Notes under the pieces: model-generated
What the model was told of the DNA's origin: nothing
What the model saw: only the letters and a program-made list of their open reading frames with translations
Databases searched by the model: none
Made by a program: the position numbers and the translations under genes
Assembly: GCA_044892525.1 (NCBI GenBank)
Contig: CM097885.1
Span: 119,040,001-119,104,000, forward strand
Length of the DNA: 64,000 bases
DNA from: Schmidtea polychroa
Lineage: Eukaryota
Direction of reading: 5' to 3'
Shown here: in pieces, positions 10,863 to 22,790 of the stretch
Numbering within the stretch: position 1 is the first letter of the stretch
Layout of the letters: each line of letters begins with the position of its first letter

Positions 10863-13299
10863 GTATTTCTGTAATTTTCAGCATCATGATGTCTAGTGAC
10901 GATAAATTTGTTTACAGTCTTTACTTTGGTTGAATTGTGTAACTTATACAAGACATTACTAAAGTTTTTAATTTGTCATTTTTGTTTGAAACTGGTATAA
11001 ATAAAGTCAAAATTAGTACAACGTGTGACAGGAATTATTTTGGATAAATCCTCTGTGTCCCCTTTGTAATCTAAAAAATGAATAAGTCCTGAAACTTTAG
11101 AAAAATATGCAATTCGATCTTTCCAAGAATAATAATTTTCACACATATGATGTGCATCAGTCCAAATACACCAAACACCACTGAGAACCGTTTCCTATAA
11201 TATAACAAAAAAATCAATAATCTTACATTATAGATGTTCACGTTGATGTTCTCATTTAGAGTGCAGTCAGATACATCTTATACTATAGAAATCTGAAAAG
11301 TGGAAGAAAAATTAAAAACTGCAGACAAACACAACACATACTAAAAACACATACAAACTTTTGATATATCGAAATGCACCGCTGAGATACGTTTCTATTT
11401 TCAAGAGCAGATGAATTTGGTTCAATGTCTTTTCAATCCAGATTTGCTTTCCTGAAAGAAGCCCTTATATAGAGCTCAAAAAAATTACAAAAATTAAAAA
11501 AATTATTTTATTCATACTAGAAGATTTTTCCCAAAATGTTTTAAAAATATACATATTTTTGGTGATTGATTTATTTAATTAATTATAATTAAAAATATAT
11601 TTGACTCACGTTTTTTCGAAATAATTCCAAAATACTTTAATAAATTACATAAAATTCCTAAAAAAGTCTGAAAATTAATTAAAATAATTTATAATTATAT
11701 AGTTGATTAAAAGTAATATTTAAGAACTTGAATAATGATCTCATATCCATATGGATCAAAATTCAAGTCTTAAAATTTACTTTAAATAAAAAAATTACTT
11801 GTAAGCCATTTGTAATGAGAGAGCATGAGAGCATTAGACATTGACAATTCAAAATCAACCACAAATGTCTTTGGAGCAAATGACTTTCCTGGACAGCAAT
11901 TCATTAACAGTTTTATTTATCTGTCATCGGTAGATTGTTTCTTGTTTGATACTAAAACTAGCAATAGAAGCATTAATAATTTTGAGTCTTGAATTAGTGA
12001 TTGGAAAAAGATCATCTGAAAAAATAGTGTGGAAGCCACAGAAAATGTACCGTCAACAAACAAAATTTATAGCACTAAAAATCTGAAGCAAAAATTTTGT
12101 TGTTGCAAAAAATAATTATTATGTCCTTGTCATCTTTTCCTGTATCAAATGCAATCCAATCTTCTTCTTTCTTTTTTTCAAGTAACGACTTGGAATGTCA
12201 AACACTTTTGATTTTGGTGGATGCTTGACTTCTGGCTCACGGTGGCTTTGCACACATTTTTCCATTGTAGAAGAATTTGCCTCATCATCCAATTACCGGT
12301 GCTATTTGGTAGATGTTTCACTTTTTTCATCAAGCTTCTTTATTTTTTTTTGACTTTTTGAATGTTAACAACAACAGGCTCTGGAGACTGAGAGTGGTGA
12401 CCAATTTCTTTTGAAGCACTTGAAATGTATACTGTCTGATGGCCTGGACACTTATTGAAACTTGAAAATTGGCAATTGTGATTAAATGATGTCTTTTATA
12501 TTCTATTCAGAATAAAGACATTGTGATTGTCGATTGGTAGATTTTTCCTTTGTTTGAGGAAATAACTGAAAGTCCAGCATTTTCATCTTAAAGGAAGAAG
12601 TTCTTGTTTGGCAATTAGGCGCTATCATTAATGGAATGATAAACTCTTCTGGTTCAATGTCTGGGGAAACTTCTTCGGAAACTTCAGTCAACAAAAAATA
12701 TGGGATTCTGTTTCTCGGACTTCCCATTGTTTTCCATCAAAAGCTAAGGTTATCTTTATAGCAACTTTTTTTGATTGAATCCTTCTATTTTGTATTAATT
12801 TAATTTAATACTAAAAATTCAAATCTAAATAACTGATGAGAAATGTAAATAAATTTTCGATTTAATGTTGTTGATAAAAATTCAAGATTGTGTTCGATTC
12901 TTTATTTAAAGGTGGTATTCATTGGGGTAAAGAAATCGTAAGTTTTATATATATTCGAGAAATTCTTACTTCGTGTTCAAATGAGCAACATAAATATTTA
13001 AATTGATAAGCAGAAGAAATAATTAAAATTTATCCTTGGATCAAAGAAAATGGTGACTGGGAACATTTAAAAAAATTACAAAAACAATGTTTTATAAAAG
13101 TTATTTTTAAATTTTTGGTTTTATTTATTTCAAGTTTATTAAAAATTTATCAACTTTACGTGTTTTTATTTAACAATTAATGTTGACAAACAAAACAATA
13201 ATTATTTAGAGTTGCCTAACAATAATTTGGTTATATTATTTAAACAATAATTAAATATATATAATAATATTTTCATAATTAAGAATAGTTAAACATTTG

Positions 13300-13836
13300 T
13301 TACCAACTAACAACTTTATTTTCCGCCTCTACAGGGCCACGTCGATCAGGTTTGAAAGATGTCTTGTCCATTTCGATATCATCAGATAATGCCATTTTAT
13401 CCAGTAGCTGTTTCCGTCGAAGCACACGCGCGATTTCAAACTTCGACTTAACCAAATGTTTTACTTCGGACAACTGAGAAAATCGGTTGGATAATTCTTC
13501 AATTGAATAATTTCTGATTTCCGTTTTGCAAACAAATCGATTTGAAAGATCCGACATAGCATGATTCAATATTATTTCCTCACGAATACATAATACAATA
13601 TCGTTGCTTTTATTGACGAACTTATCTGTGAATTTAGAAGACTCGATCCCATGCATAATCATGAAAAATGATGGCAACAACTGTGAAAGTTCCGTGACAA
13701 TCGATACGATTACCGGGAATTTTTCCCTTCGCATATCTATCGATTTCATTAAACTAATTTTTGACATTGTTGAACGAATCTTGATTGGTAACATCAACTG
13801 AAGGATCACATTTAACACCTGAAGCCATTTTAACAA
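13300..13836 (-). CDS. Unknown ORF, possibly a degenerate TE gene
   Basis: 178-codon open frame in otherwise stop-rich AT DNA; no motif recognised. Confidence 0.25.
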   Translation of the reverse strand: MLKWLQVLNVILQLMLPIKIRSTMSKISLMKSIDMRREKFPVIVSIVTELSQLLPSFFMIMHGIESSKFTDKFVNKSNDIVLCIREEIILNHAMSDLSNRFVCKTEIRNYSIEELSNRFSQLSEVKHLVKSKFEIARVLRRKQLLDKMALSDDIEMDKTSFKPDRRGPVEAENKVVSW

Positions 13837-13991
13837 AGGAACTTTATCACTCCAAATTTCGATTCAAAAAGCCCTCCGACAATCCCGTTTTAAACAAATC
13901 AAATCTTATTTAATTCCAACAATTCGTCCAATCAATAATTTCTAAAAACTACAAACAACTCAAAATAAAAATTAACAATTAAACCTACTTC

Positions 13992-14102
13992 TCGCGTCTG
14001 TGTGCGCACACCAACAAGAATCGGTTTAACCAGACCGCGCACACAGACGCGATAGAAAAAAGCCAAATAAATGCCAGTCAGAGGCAATCCCCCTCTGACT
14101 GG
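13992..14102. other. Two GC-rich perfect hairpins
   Basis: TCGCGTCTGTGTGCGC/GCGCACACAGACGCGA (16-bp stem, 13992-14052) and CCAGTCAGAGG/CCTCTGACTGG (11-bp stem, 14074-14102). Confidence 0.8.
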
Positions 14103-14267
14103 TCGAAACACTATGTATATTTCTTTAGTTACCTACTAACGATAATTGTCTAGTAACAACAACTATTTGTTTTAATTTATCATTAATTCAAATTTAAATT
14201 TTATAAAATTAATTCAAATTTTATATTTTACGAGTAAGATTTTGTTTTCTTTTTTTATGAAGAAAAA

Positions 14268-14400
14268 TTATTTTACACATCTGTAAGAAACCCAAGATGA
14301 ATAAAAGATCTTATTTATGTGGATACTGTAATTTAAAATATATTTATATTAACATAAGATCTTTTATTCATCTTGGGTTTCTTACAGATGTGTAAAATAA
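14268..14400. repeat. 133-bp palindrome (47-bp perfect arms), MITE-like
   Basis: 14268-14314 is the exact reverse complement of 14354-14400. Confidence 0.8.
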
Positions 14401-14759
14401 GTAAATCTTCATACATCATTTTAGGAAAGAAATAAACTGTAAAATGTAAGGAATTATAAATTTTTATTTTATAAATAAATTAACATAAGAAATTTATTTT
14501 ATAAGTTAATTATTTTAAATAAGTTAATTATTGTAAACTATATATATTTTAAGAAATTTTTATTTTCAAATTTCACCACTGATTTCTTTTCCATTGTATT
14601 TATTAAGAAAGCGTGACTATTGACTGCTGATGTAAATATATCGATTTTTTTGATATTCACGAATTTTCGGCACTACCTTTTTCAAGTGAATTTGATTGAT
14701 TCATTTCTGAATGAGCTTGTCCAGAGTTAAATCATGTTCCTTTGGAAACAAATTTTATA

Positions 14760-14990
14760 CCGCGTAAACACTGAGTAAACAAAATCACACTATTTCCGGA
14801 AGTTTCACAACACATCAACAACTATACACTTATCCACACTCGCTCTGGAAAGCCCTAAACTGAAATTTTAAACCGCATTGCGACATATTCTCTTCCTGAC
14901 CAGCCTGATACATCTTTTCTTGCTAACGCATTCCGAGAATTCTTCACTGACAAGATTTGTGCCAAATTTACTATTCTGGCCTCTCTTGGT
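14760..14990 (+). pseudogene. Degenerate CR1/L2-type LINE ORF2 fragment
   Basis: LWKALN and LPDQPDTSFLANAFREFFTDKICAK resemble the endonuclease-RT linker motif (LANxFxxFFxDKI) of L2/CR1 elements. Confidence 0.3.
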
Positions 14991-15319
14991 TCATATAAAA
15001 TTCCAACTATTCCCTACCAAAACCATTCCATGGTACTATATACATGTATAATAGCAAAAGTATAGAACACATTTTAAACAGTCCAAATCGTTTCTAGCCA
15101 GAGATAGGTAAGCATTCTTTTGGCACTTAGCAGTTGACGCTTAAAAAGTCAATACAATATTGGTGTCGTTTTGAAGTCAACATATATACAATAAACGTCA
15201 GTCTATGTCACAAATCCTAATCACCTCTATAAGTATGTCACAAATTTCTCAACCCCTCCCCCATAAATTAAGACATTATTTACATGTTTATAAATCATAA
15301 ATGCAGGAAATTAGTATTA

Positions 15320-15496
15320 NNNNNNNNNNNNNNNNNNNNNNNNNNNNNNNNNNNNNNNNNNNNNNNNNNNNNNNNNNNNNNNNNNNNNNNNNNNNNNNNN
15401 NNNNNNNNNNNNNNNNNNNNNNNNNNNNNNNNNNNNNNNNNNNNNNNNNNNNNNNNNNNNNNNNNNNNNNNNNNNNNNNNNNNNNNNNNNNNNNNN
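15320..15496. other. Assembly gap
   Basis: N run. Confidence 1.
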
Positions 15497-16559
15497 GTGT
15501 CTAGCACTATGTGTCATTCGAAAGGTACTTGAATAAATCTGAATTAATGCATAAGTAATGGTAAGTAAATTTAATTTACGTATGGAAAAGTACTGACGTA
15601 CGGAAATCGAATTTTTTATAAATGTGTGTATTTAATAATAATTTAGAAAATCGAATTTTTTTTGACCTTTTTTATGATATAGGGTCCCGATAAATAATTT
15701 TGCGTTGGCCACCACAATTCTAAAGACGGCCATGTTGAATTCTCCTCTGTTTCGATCATCACCACATTCTTTGAGCGGAGCTATGTTGTGATGTTTTTAG
15801 ACTTGGAGACGCCACCGATTCATTGCTGACAAAATAATCGATTCGAACTAATTATTGATCTTTATGAAATGTTTCCAGTAAAACCACAGTTACACCTACA
15901 CTATCATCAACACGAATTTTGCTGGATCTGGAACATTAATATAAAGAACAAAATCTAGGCGACCAACAGGAATTGGCTCAACTATTACTGAATCAAAGAC
16001 TTGATCTAAATCTGCATTAGAGGCGCTGCTGACATAAATTAATTTCTATTCCAAATCATCTTCTAAGCTCTCAAGACATTCGAATTTAACTTTAAATATA
16101 AATTTGGAAGAATTTTGGCTGAATTTTCCAGAACTTCAATATTGCTTATATTAATTTTATCCATTGTCCCAAGTATTCAAAAATAATTGAAATATGATAT
16201 ATCCAAATAATAAATTGAAAGCTCTCAAAACTTTATTGGCATAAATTAACATAAATCTAAAAAACTTTTTAAATTTCTCTAACTTCCAATTTACAAGAAA
16301 TCACAAATTTAAACAACTAGATAACTTAGATAAAAATTTCCGAATTTCTCAAATAAAAGTAAATTAATTAAAAAATTAATATTCTTCAACATTCCCCACT
16401 CCTTGACAATTGTCAATTCAAAACCAGACAAGCATTCACAACTGCAATTAGCCACGACCATTATTATTAAGCTTTAATTTAATTAATTTATTTTATTTAA
16501 GTTTTATCGGACGCAGTACATGATTTTTGGATTTTCTCGTCTAATTCCAAGGTAAAGAT

Positions 16560-17894
16560 ATTCAAAATTGGTCTTATCTTTTCTTTTACACCACAACCAA
16601 TCTTCACTACTCAAACTTTCCCATCAACACCCTGAAATATCTCTTTGACTCTTGCTTATGGCCAACGGTCTTCTAAAACATTCGATTCTAACAGCCACAC
16701 AACGTCCCAACTTTAATTTCGGCGCCCTCCTTACACCATTTTTGTCTAATACCCTGAAATATCTCTTTGACTCTTGCTTATGGCCAACGGTCTTCTAAAA
16801 CATTCGATTCTAACAGCCACACAACGTCCCCAACTTTAATTTCGGCGCCCTTCTTACACCATTTTTGTCTAATACTTCGGTCTAATACATCGGTATCAAC
16901 TCCTTTTTCCACGGTTCCCAGAAATAGTTAAATAATAACAAAATTCTTCTTAATCTCTTCCTGTAATCTACCCCTCTTTTTCTGAAAGGTTTTCCTCTCG
17001 CTCAACTCCAGGCCATCTCGTCAATAAGAAGTGATTTGGAGTGAGGGCAATATCTTCTTTGCTATCAATACATTTGACCTTCAAAGGTCAATAATTAAAT
17101 AACCCTTCTACCCTTATTAATATTGTATTTAGTTTTTCGTCAGAAATGTCAGCTGTTCCAATAACCCTTTTCATAGCCCTTTTCGCTGACTTTATTAAGG
17201 ACTCAAAAACTCCTCCGACGTGTGGCGCTGATGGCGGGTTGAATATCCATCTAACTTGATTTTCCAACATCACTTTAGCCATTTTGTATGAATCCACCAC
17301 AAATTCTTGAACCTCTCTGGTAGCCCCTACAAAGTTTGTCCCATTATCCGATAAAATCTTTAAAGTTTTTCTTTTCTGCCGATGAAGCGCAGGAAGGCTC
17401 GAATAAATGCATCTGTCTAAAGAGTAAGCGATTTCACAATGAACTGCTCGGATTTGTAAGCAGGTGAATAAACAAAGATATTTTTCTGTCTCACTTTACA
17501 CATTCCCTGAAGTTTCAAATGGCCCCGCAAAATTTACAGCGACTTTTCCAAATATTTGCATCGGTTCATCAAATCTGAATGAAGGTAGTGGAGCCATTAT
17601 TTGTTCCATTCCCCTAGCTGTCCTTCTCTTACATTCATGACAATTGTTTTCACATTGCTTTGCTCTTAATATCCAATATTCCTTATTTATCTCACTCAAT
17701 ATGTGGTTCACTCCAGCATAATGATTTCTTTTCCTATGATAATCTTTTATGATTAGTCTGGTGACCCAACTCTTATCGCTCAGGATTATTGGGTACCTTG
17801 CTTTAATTGTTAGAATATCAGCGTTCACTATACGACTATTGCATCGTATAATTCCATCGTTATCTAAAATCGGATTCAGTCTGGTTAATTTCAC
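16560..17894 (-). pseudogene. BEL/Pao integrase with degenerate C-terminal DUF5641-like region
   Basis: LNPILDNDGIIRCNSRI, YPIIL, HYAGVNH...CHECK, VNFAGPF, YLCLFTC...RAVH, SDNGTNFVGA, WIFNPPSAPHVGGVFESLIKSAK, LTPNHFL. Confidence 0.9.
16631..16875 (+). repeat. Tandem duplication, 2 x 122 bp
   Basis: The CCTGAAATATCTCTTTGACTC...TTTGTCTAATAC unit starts at 16631 and again at 16753. Confidence 0.9.
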
Positions 17895-17896
17895 TA

Positions 17897-18866
17897 ATGC
17901 TAAAACAAAAAGCTAATGGCGATTGGAGAGCCTGTGGTGATTACAGACTACTGAATAAAATAACAGAGCCAGACAGCTACCCATTACCTATAATAAAAGA
18001 CATAATAAACCGATTAAACGGCGCTAAATACTTTTTAAAAATTGATATACAAAAGGCATATCATCAGATCCCCATCAGAAAAGAAGACGTAAAAAAACAG
18101 CAATAACAACACCGATAGGAATGTTCGAGTACAATAGAATGCCTTTCGGTCTACGAAATGCCGCAGCAACTTTCCAACGATTCATGGACCAAACAATGAA
18201 AAACAACAAAAACACAATTGCTTACCTAGACGACATTCTAATTACAAGCCCAGATAAAGCAACTCATATAAAAGACGTAGAAAAAGTATTCGAAACGCTG
18301 AACAAAGCAAAATTGAAAATAAACACACAAAAATGTGAATTTTGAAAACAGAAATAAACTTCCTTGGTCACACACTAAACGACAAAGGAACACAACCAAT
18401 TGAAAACAAAATAAACAGCATAAAAAATTACAAACTGCCGACAAACACAAGAGAGTTGAGGAGATTTCTAGGAATGGTAAACTTTTATCATTCTTACATC
18501 CCAAACTGCAGTAAATTACTAGCACCATTAAACGACCTTATCAAAACAAAACGGAATGTCATAATAAACTGGACACAACGAACAACCGAAACTTTCGAGA
18601 AAGCCAAAGAAAGTCTTTCAACGGCAACATTACTCGGTTACCCAGATCCAGAGCTAGATTACCAACTAACAACAGACTGTTCAGGTTTTGCAATGGGCGC
18701 AACAATTTTCCAGGAAAACAAATACGGCAAACAACCACTAGGATTCTTCTCTAAAAAACTAAAATCACACCAAACAAGACACTCAACATTCGACAGAGAA
18801 CTACTGGCAAAACACGAAGCAATCAAACACTTCCAACATTTGCTTGAAGGACGAAACTTCAAAACT
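17897..18866 (+). pseudogene. pol: Internal gypsy RT-RNase H fragment
   Basis: WRACGDYRLLN, MPFGLRNAAATFQR, YLDDILI, FLGMVNFY, TDCSGFAMGA, STFDRELLA; frameshifted, no LTRs. Confidence 0.9.
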
Positions 18867-18869
18867 TCG

Positions 18870-19111
18870 TGTTGCTTTTCTTTAACTGTTTGAAAACTGC
18901 ATAAGATTGCCCTTCAAGTAAAAATGGTATTACATTCATGACATTTTTCACATTCTTGGCTTCCAAAATAATTTCGAGTTTGTCTAACCATTCTTCCACA
19001 TCTGTATTTTTGCCATCGAATTTTTCCAACATTTTCAATTATAATCTTGCTGATTTCCATTTCCCGGATAGCTTGTAAGACTAACCGTTTTTCAAATTCC
19101 ATTTTTACCAC
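18870..19111 (-). pseudogene. Second integrase zinc-finger-like fragment (BEL-like)
   Basis: RNYFGSQECEKCHECN resembles EYWILRAKQCENNCHECK of the neighbouring BEL integrase. Confidence 0.3.
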
Positions 19112-19202
19112 ATTTTCATAATATTAAAACAACATTAATTGTTTAATATTCCTGCATGGAGTATAAATGCAAATAGTAGGGAGAAAGTGTATATATGTAG
19201 AA

Positions 19203-19331
19203 NNNNNNNNNNNNNNNNNNNNNNNNNNNNNNNNNNNNNNNNNNNNNNNNNNNNNNNNNNNNNNNNNNNNNNNNNNNNNNNNNNNNNNNNNNNNNNNNNN
19301 NNNNNNNNNNNNNNNNNNNNNNNNNNNNNNN
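19203..19331. other. Assembly gap
   Basis: N run. Confidence 1.
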
Positions 19332-19896
19332 GTCAGTGCAACAATGTTATATTCCAACTTTTACAATCCTAATTGAGAACACAAATGTAAAGGAAACATT
19401 AAAAGATGCTGATCAACGAGATGGAAGTCATAGACCCATTAAAATTTGAAATTTAATCAAATCAAGTGAACCTATTACCTGAGTGGCCATTGGAGAAAGA
19501 AATTTCCTAATCAAGAGCAACATTGTAAATCGAACCACCGAGAAAAACGAAGAGAAATCAGTTAAACTGATGTTAAGAAAACTCTTGGAAGAGGTCAGCT
19601 ACCAAATGAAATCCCAACCTTATTTCCGAGAAATCCGATGACCAAAGTAATCTACCAATCATTAACATGCTTACCCTAAAAGATAACTTTATAAAGCAAC
19701 CAGAATCCTAGCCTCAGAAATTCAAAAAGAATAAGAGAAAACAGTCAAATTCTGATAGAGGTAATCCGATGATCATCAGTAAGTATCGCGAGTTAATCAA
19801 AAGAATCAACACCTGAAATCAAATAGTTCTAAACAACCAAACTGAAGGATTGAAAATGGAACGCGCGGTGCAATTTTAACCGTTCCCCGAGTGATT

Positions 19897-22331
19897 TATT
19901 GGGCTATAGCCAAAATATTGAGAACTTGTTTTAATGAATTGGAAATCCTTATCATAAAAACCGCACCAAGATGAATTAAAATCTTTGAATATAAATCAAA
20001 TAATACAAAGTAAAGTATACAATTACTTGTGAATAAATAAAACACATATAATAAAATTGGAAGAACGCAAGGAGTTCCAATAACCAACACAGTTAAGAGT
20101 ATAACAACGCATTTGAAAATCTGCCAACTCGAAAATCAAGTAATAATAAATAAAATAAATAATTAATAATATACATACGAAGAATCATAATCAAATTAAT
20201 TAGGAATGTTATGGTTCGTATTTATATTCAAAGGAGCTGTGACAAAATTGCAGAATTTAAGAAAAAGAACATGAAAAATTTAATTAAAAAGAATAATTAA
20301 AAAGTAATTATAATAAAAATTTCCATTAAAATTGATAAAGAAATAACAAAATGAAATAAAAAATAAAATTATTAAATAATTTATTTGTTTAAAAGCAATT
20401 AAATACAAAATTCATGCAAGTTAAATCTGGCAGCACTCGTGTACATGTGCATAATCAATCAAAATTACATGCATTCTGATTGGACAGTGCAAAAGCGGAC
20501 AACCAAAATCAGTCTAAATACCGACTGAAAATTCATTTTTTCAACTTAAATAAACTTAACTTGCGAACTTAACTTGTATATTTGTTAACTTACTCTCAGT
20601 TTTTCGGAGATTATGAATGTTATGCCTTGGTGTTAATTTTGTTTTCTGTATAATGTAAAGCTTATAAATGTTAACGTGTTATTTAATTTTTGTTCTTTTT
20701 ATTGTTCATTTCTAAAAAACTTAACCATCTTTTCAGAGACAGCCCAAAAATAAGTTTATGCCGATCATTTGGATATTACGGAAAACCTAAAATGGACCTC
20801 TTTGAGGTTTGGGAATCGTTCAGAAACGTCATTATTCAGTCCATCGGTAGATGGCCCAGCGAAGTTTATCGGTATAGACAGTCGAGGCCTTCGGGTGATG
20901 CTACACTAGCCCGACAGGTTGAGTCTTTGTTTGGCGCTCAGAATATTTCAACAGTTATCACTAGGGCAACTTAAATGCCAAAAAATACCAAGATTAAATT
21001 ATGAAGTGTTGATTGAAATACTGGATAGATTTGAAAATGGTGAATTTTCAATACTATTTGGTTACAATTGTTTATCAAATGTATCGTTTTCTTCAGATTC
21101 TTGCGGTATAAAACAGTATATAGCTGTACGATTAGAATCAAATAGCATATCCTCCATTTGTAAACTAGAAAATCCCGAAGTTTCACTGAGTGTATATTCT
21201 ATGTTATTCAACTGTCCGCCAACATCTATTGCAGTGGAGAGGAGATTCTTTATGCTTAAAAAATGTTAGCATTAGATAAAGATTTCAACGATGAAAATTT
21301 ATACACTTATTTTGCATTTTATTTCAATAAGGATAATAATAATTCATCGGTAGAAGATGATGGTTCGGATTTTGAGATGCAATAGGTAGGATAGCTGGCT
21401 TTTTTAACCTTTTATGATTGTTGTATTAATAAACGGTATATCCTTACTATCCATTGTTTATTATTTTTTACTTTTTTTTATACTTAATCTCCTTTTCCTA
21501 ATTGGTTATTCATTGACCAATACTTCTCTTATGTAATTGGCTATTCTCTAACCAATACCATTTTATAAAGTACATCAAAATACATTCAACAAACAAATTA
21601 ATTTTATCCCATATTCATTTGGTAATTTTTTGACAACATATGCCAAATTTTGCCGAAAAAACTCATCAAAAAATTGCTAAATTTGGGTTGCCCTAGTTGT
21701 TACTATTCAGAATCCTGGTAGAACAGAGAGGGCGGATCCTTTTACCTGAGGCCCGCGCAGTGAAATTGGAGAACCCATTAGGAAAGGAAAATGGGCGACC
21801 AAGGAGTCGCCTTAGTGGAGGGAATGGTCGTATTACGAGTGTGTCAGATATTCTGAGAGATAGGTTAGGAAAATTCAAAATCAAACTAAAGCTACATATA
21901 TTATACAATAGATAGGGTAAAAGACTGTCTCGATGAGTCAGCAATAAGATTTAACATAGACCAGGATTAGAATATTTATAAACTTGGAAATAAGAGTGGA
22001 TCCCTGCGTAAAATTTCCGAAGGTAACATTGTAAGTAAGGTGGGCCAGAATAATTTGAATAAGGATAAACGATAATCTAGATAAGGAAGCGACGTAAGAC
22101 CTTCTATTGGCAGTCCTGAACCCAAAAATAAAAAGGAAATGAGGAGTAGTTCTAGTAGTAGAGCTAACCTGCTCATTGATTTTCAGCGACTGTGTACATT
22201 ACCAACATGATTTATGCCATGGGTACACAGATGGTAAAAAGTAAAATATTATGAAGGCGTTTAGGGAAGAATCAATGCCAAATCTATAAGTAATTCTAGA
22301 ACATATAAATGACATACCCTAAGCGCCAACA
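19897..22331 (+). repeat. Large LTR (3' LTR of a truncated element) with nested hAT insertion
   Basis: Starts T(A)TTGGGCT after the same pre-LTR motif as element 4 and ends GCGCCAACA. Has ATTGG plus a TATA-like block near 20480-20520 and shares blocks with the LTR at 61911. Confidence 0.65.
20962..21695 (+). mobile_element. Internally deleted hAT element
   Basis: TIR TAGGGCAAC/GTTGCCCTA; 8-bp flanks GTTATCAC/GTTGTTAC (6/8 match); remnant dimerisation motif PPTSIAVERRFFMLKK. Confidence 0.65.
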
Positions 22332-22383
22332 TTAGTATAAACATTTATTACATTTATCATGTTTCTCTAATATTTTTATAAAC

Positions 22384-22790
22384 TGTTGGAGTTTTTGGAA
22401 ATACGAAAAAATAAAAATTGCGATGATTTCCGATAATCACTCGGGAGAAAATCTCTCTAAACGCCATATGACTATTTCACACCGACCTATGTAGCCATGG
22501 CCATGACCATGTTGAAACTGTACGTAGTCGTCGAGAGTCAAGGAACATGTGACTTTGATTTCTAACACTACTTTTCATTTCTAAACTGCCGATAGAAGGA
22601 ATTAAGTTGATGCAAACGTTACAAAAATTGAATACATTAACAGAAGATAAGGTCTTCATTCATATCCACTGATATCTTTTCCGTGGCTTGTTAGTACACT
22701 TGCTCACTAATAATTATATAAATCAACACAATCAATACATGATAAACAGAAAAAATAATGAAAACCTTTATTCTGGGTTATAGCCCAACA
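22384..22790 (-). repeat. Short internally deleted solo LTR (407 bp), tail-to-tail with the LTR at 19897
   Basis: Minus strand TGTTGGGCTATAACC...CTCCAACA; flanks AAAC/AAAT; keeps the conserved U5 module. Confidence 0.6.

Noticed and set aside
10870-12730. Possible minus-strand exons (e.g. ETVLSGVWCIWTDAHHMCENYYSW...) and ORF 12503-12727
   Set aside because: Could not be assembled into a stop-free model or assigned to a family.
14060-14112. Possible hammerhead ribozyme (stem followed by CGAAAC)
   Set aside because: No CTGANGA core upstream of the stem and no matching stems I/III.
15284-15532. ORFs spanning N runs (also at 6.0-6.3, 19.1-19.4 and 63.4-63.7 kb)
   Set aside because: Artefacts of translating assembly gaps.
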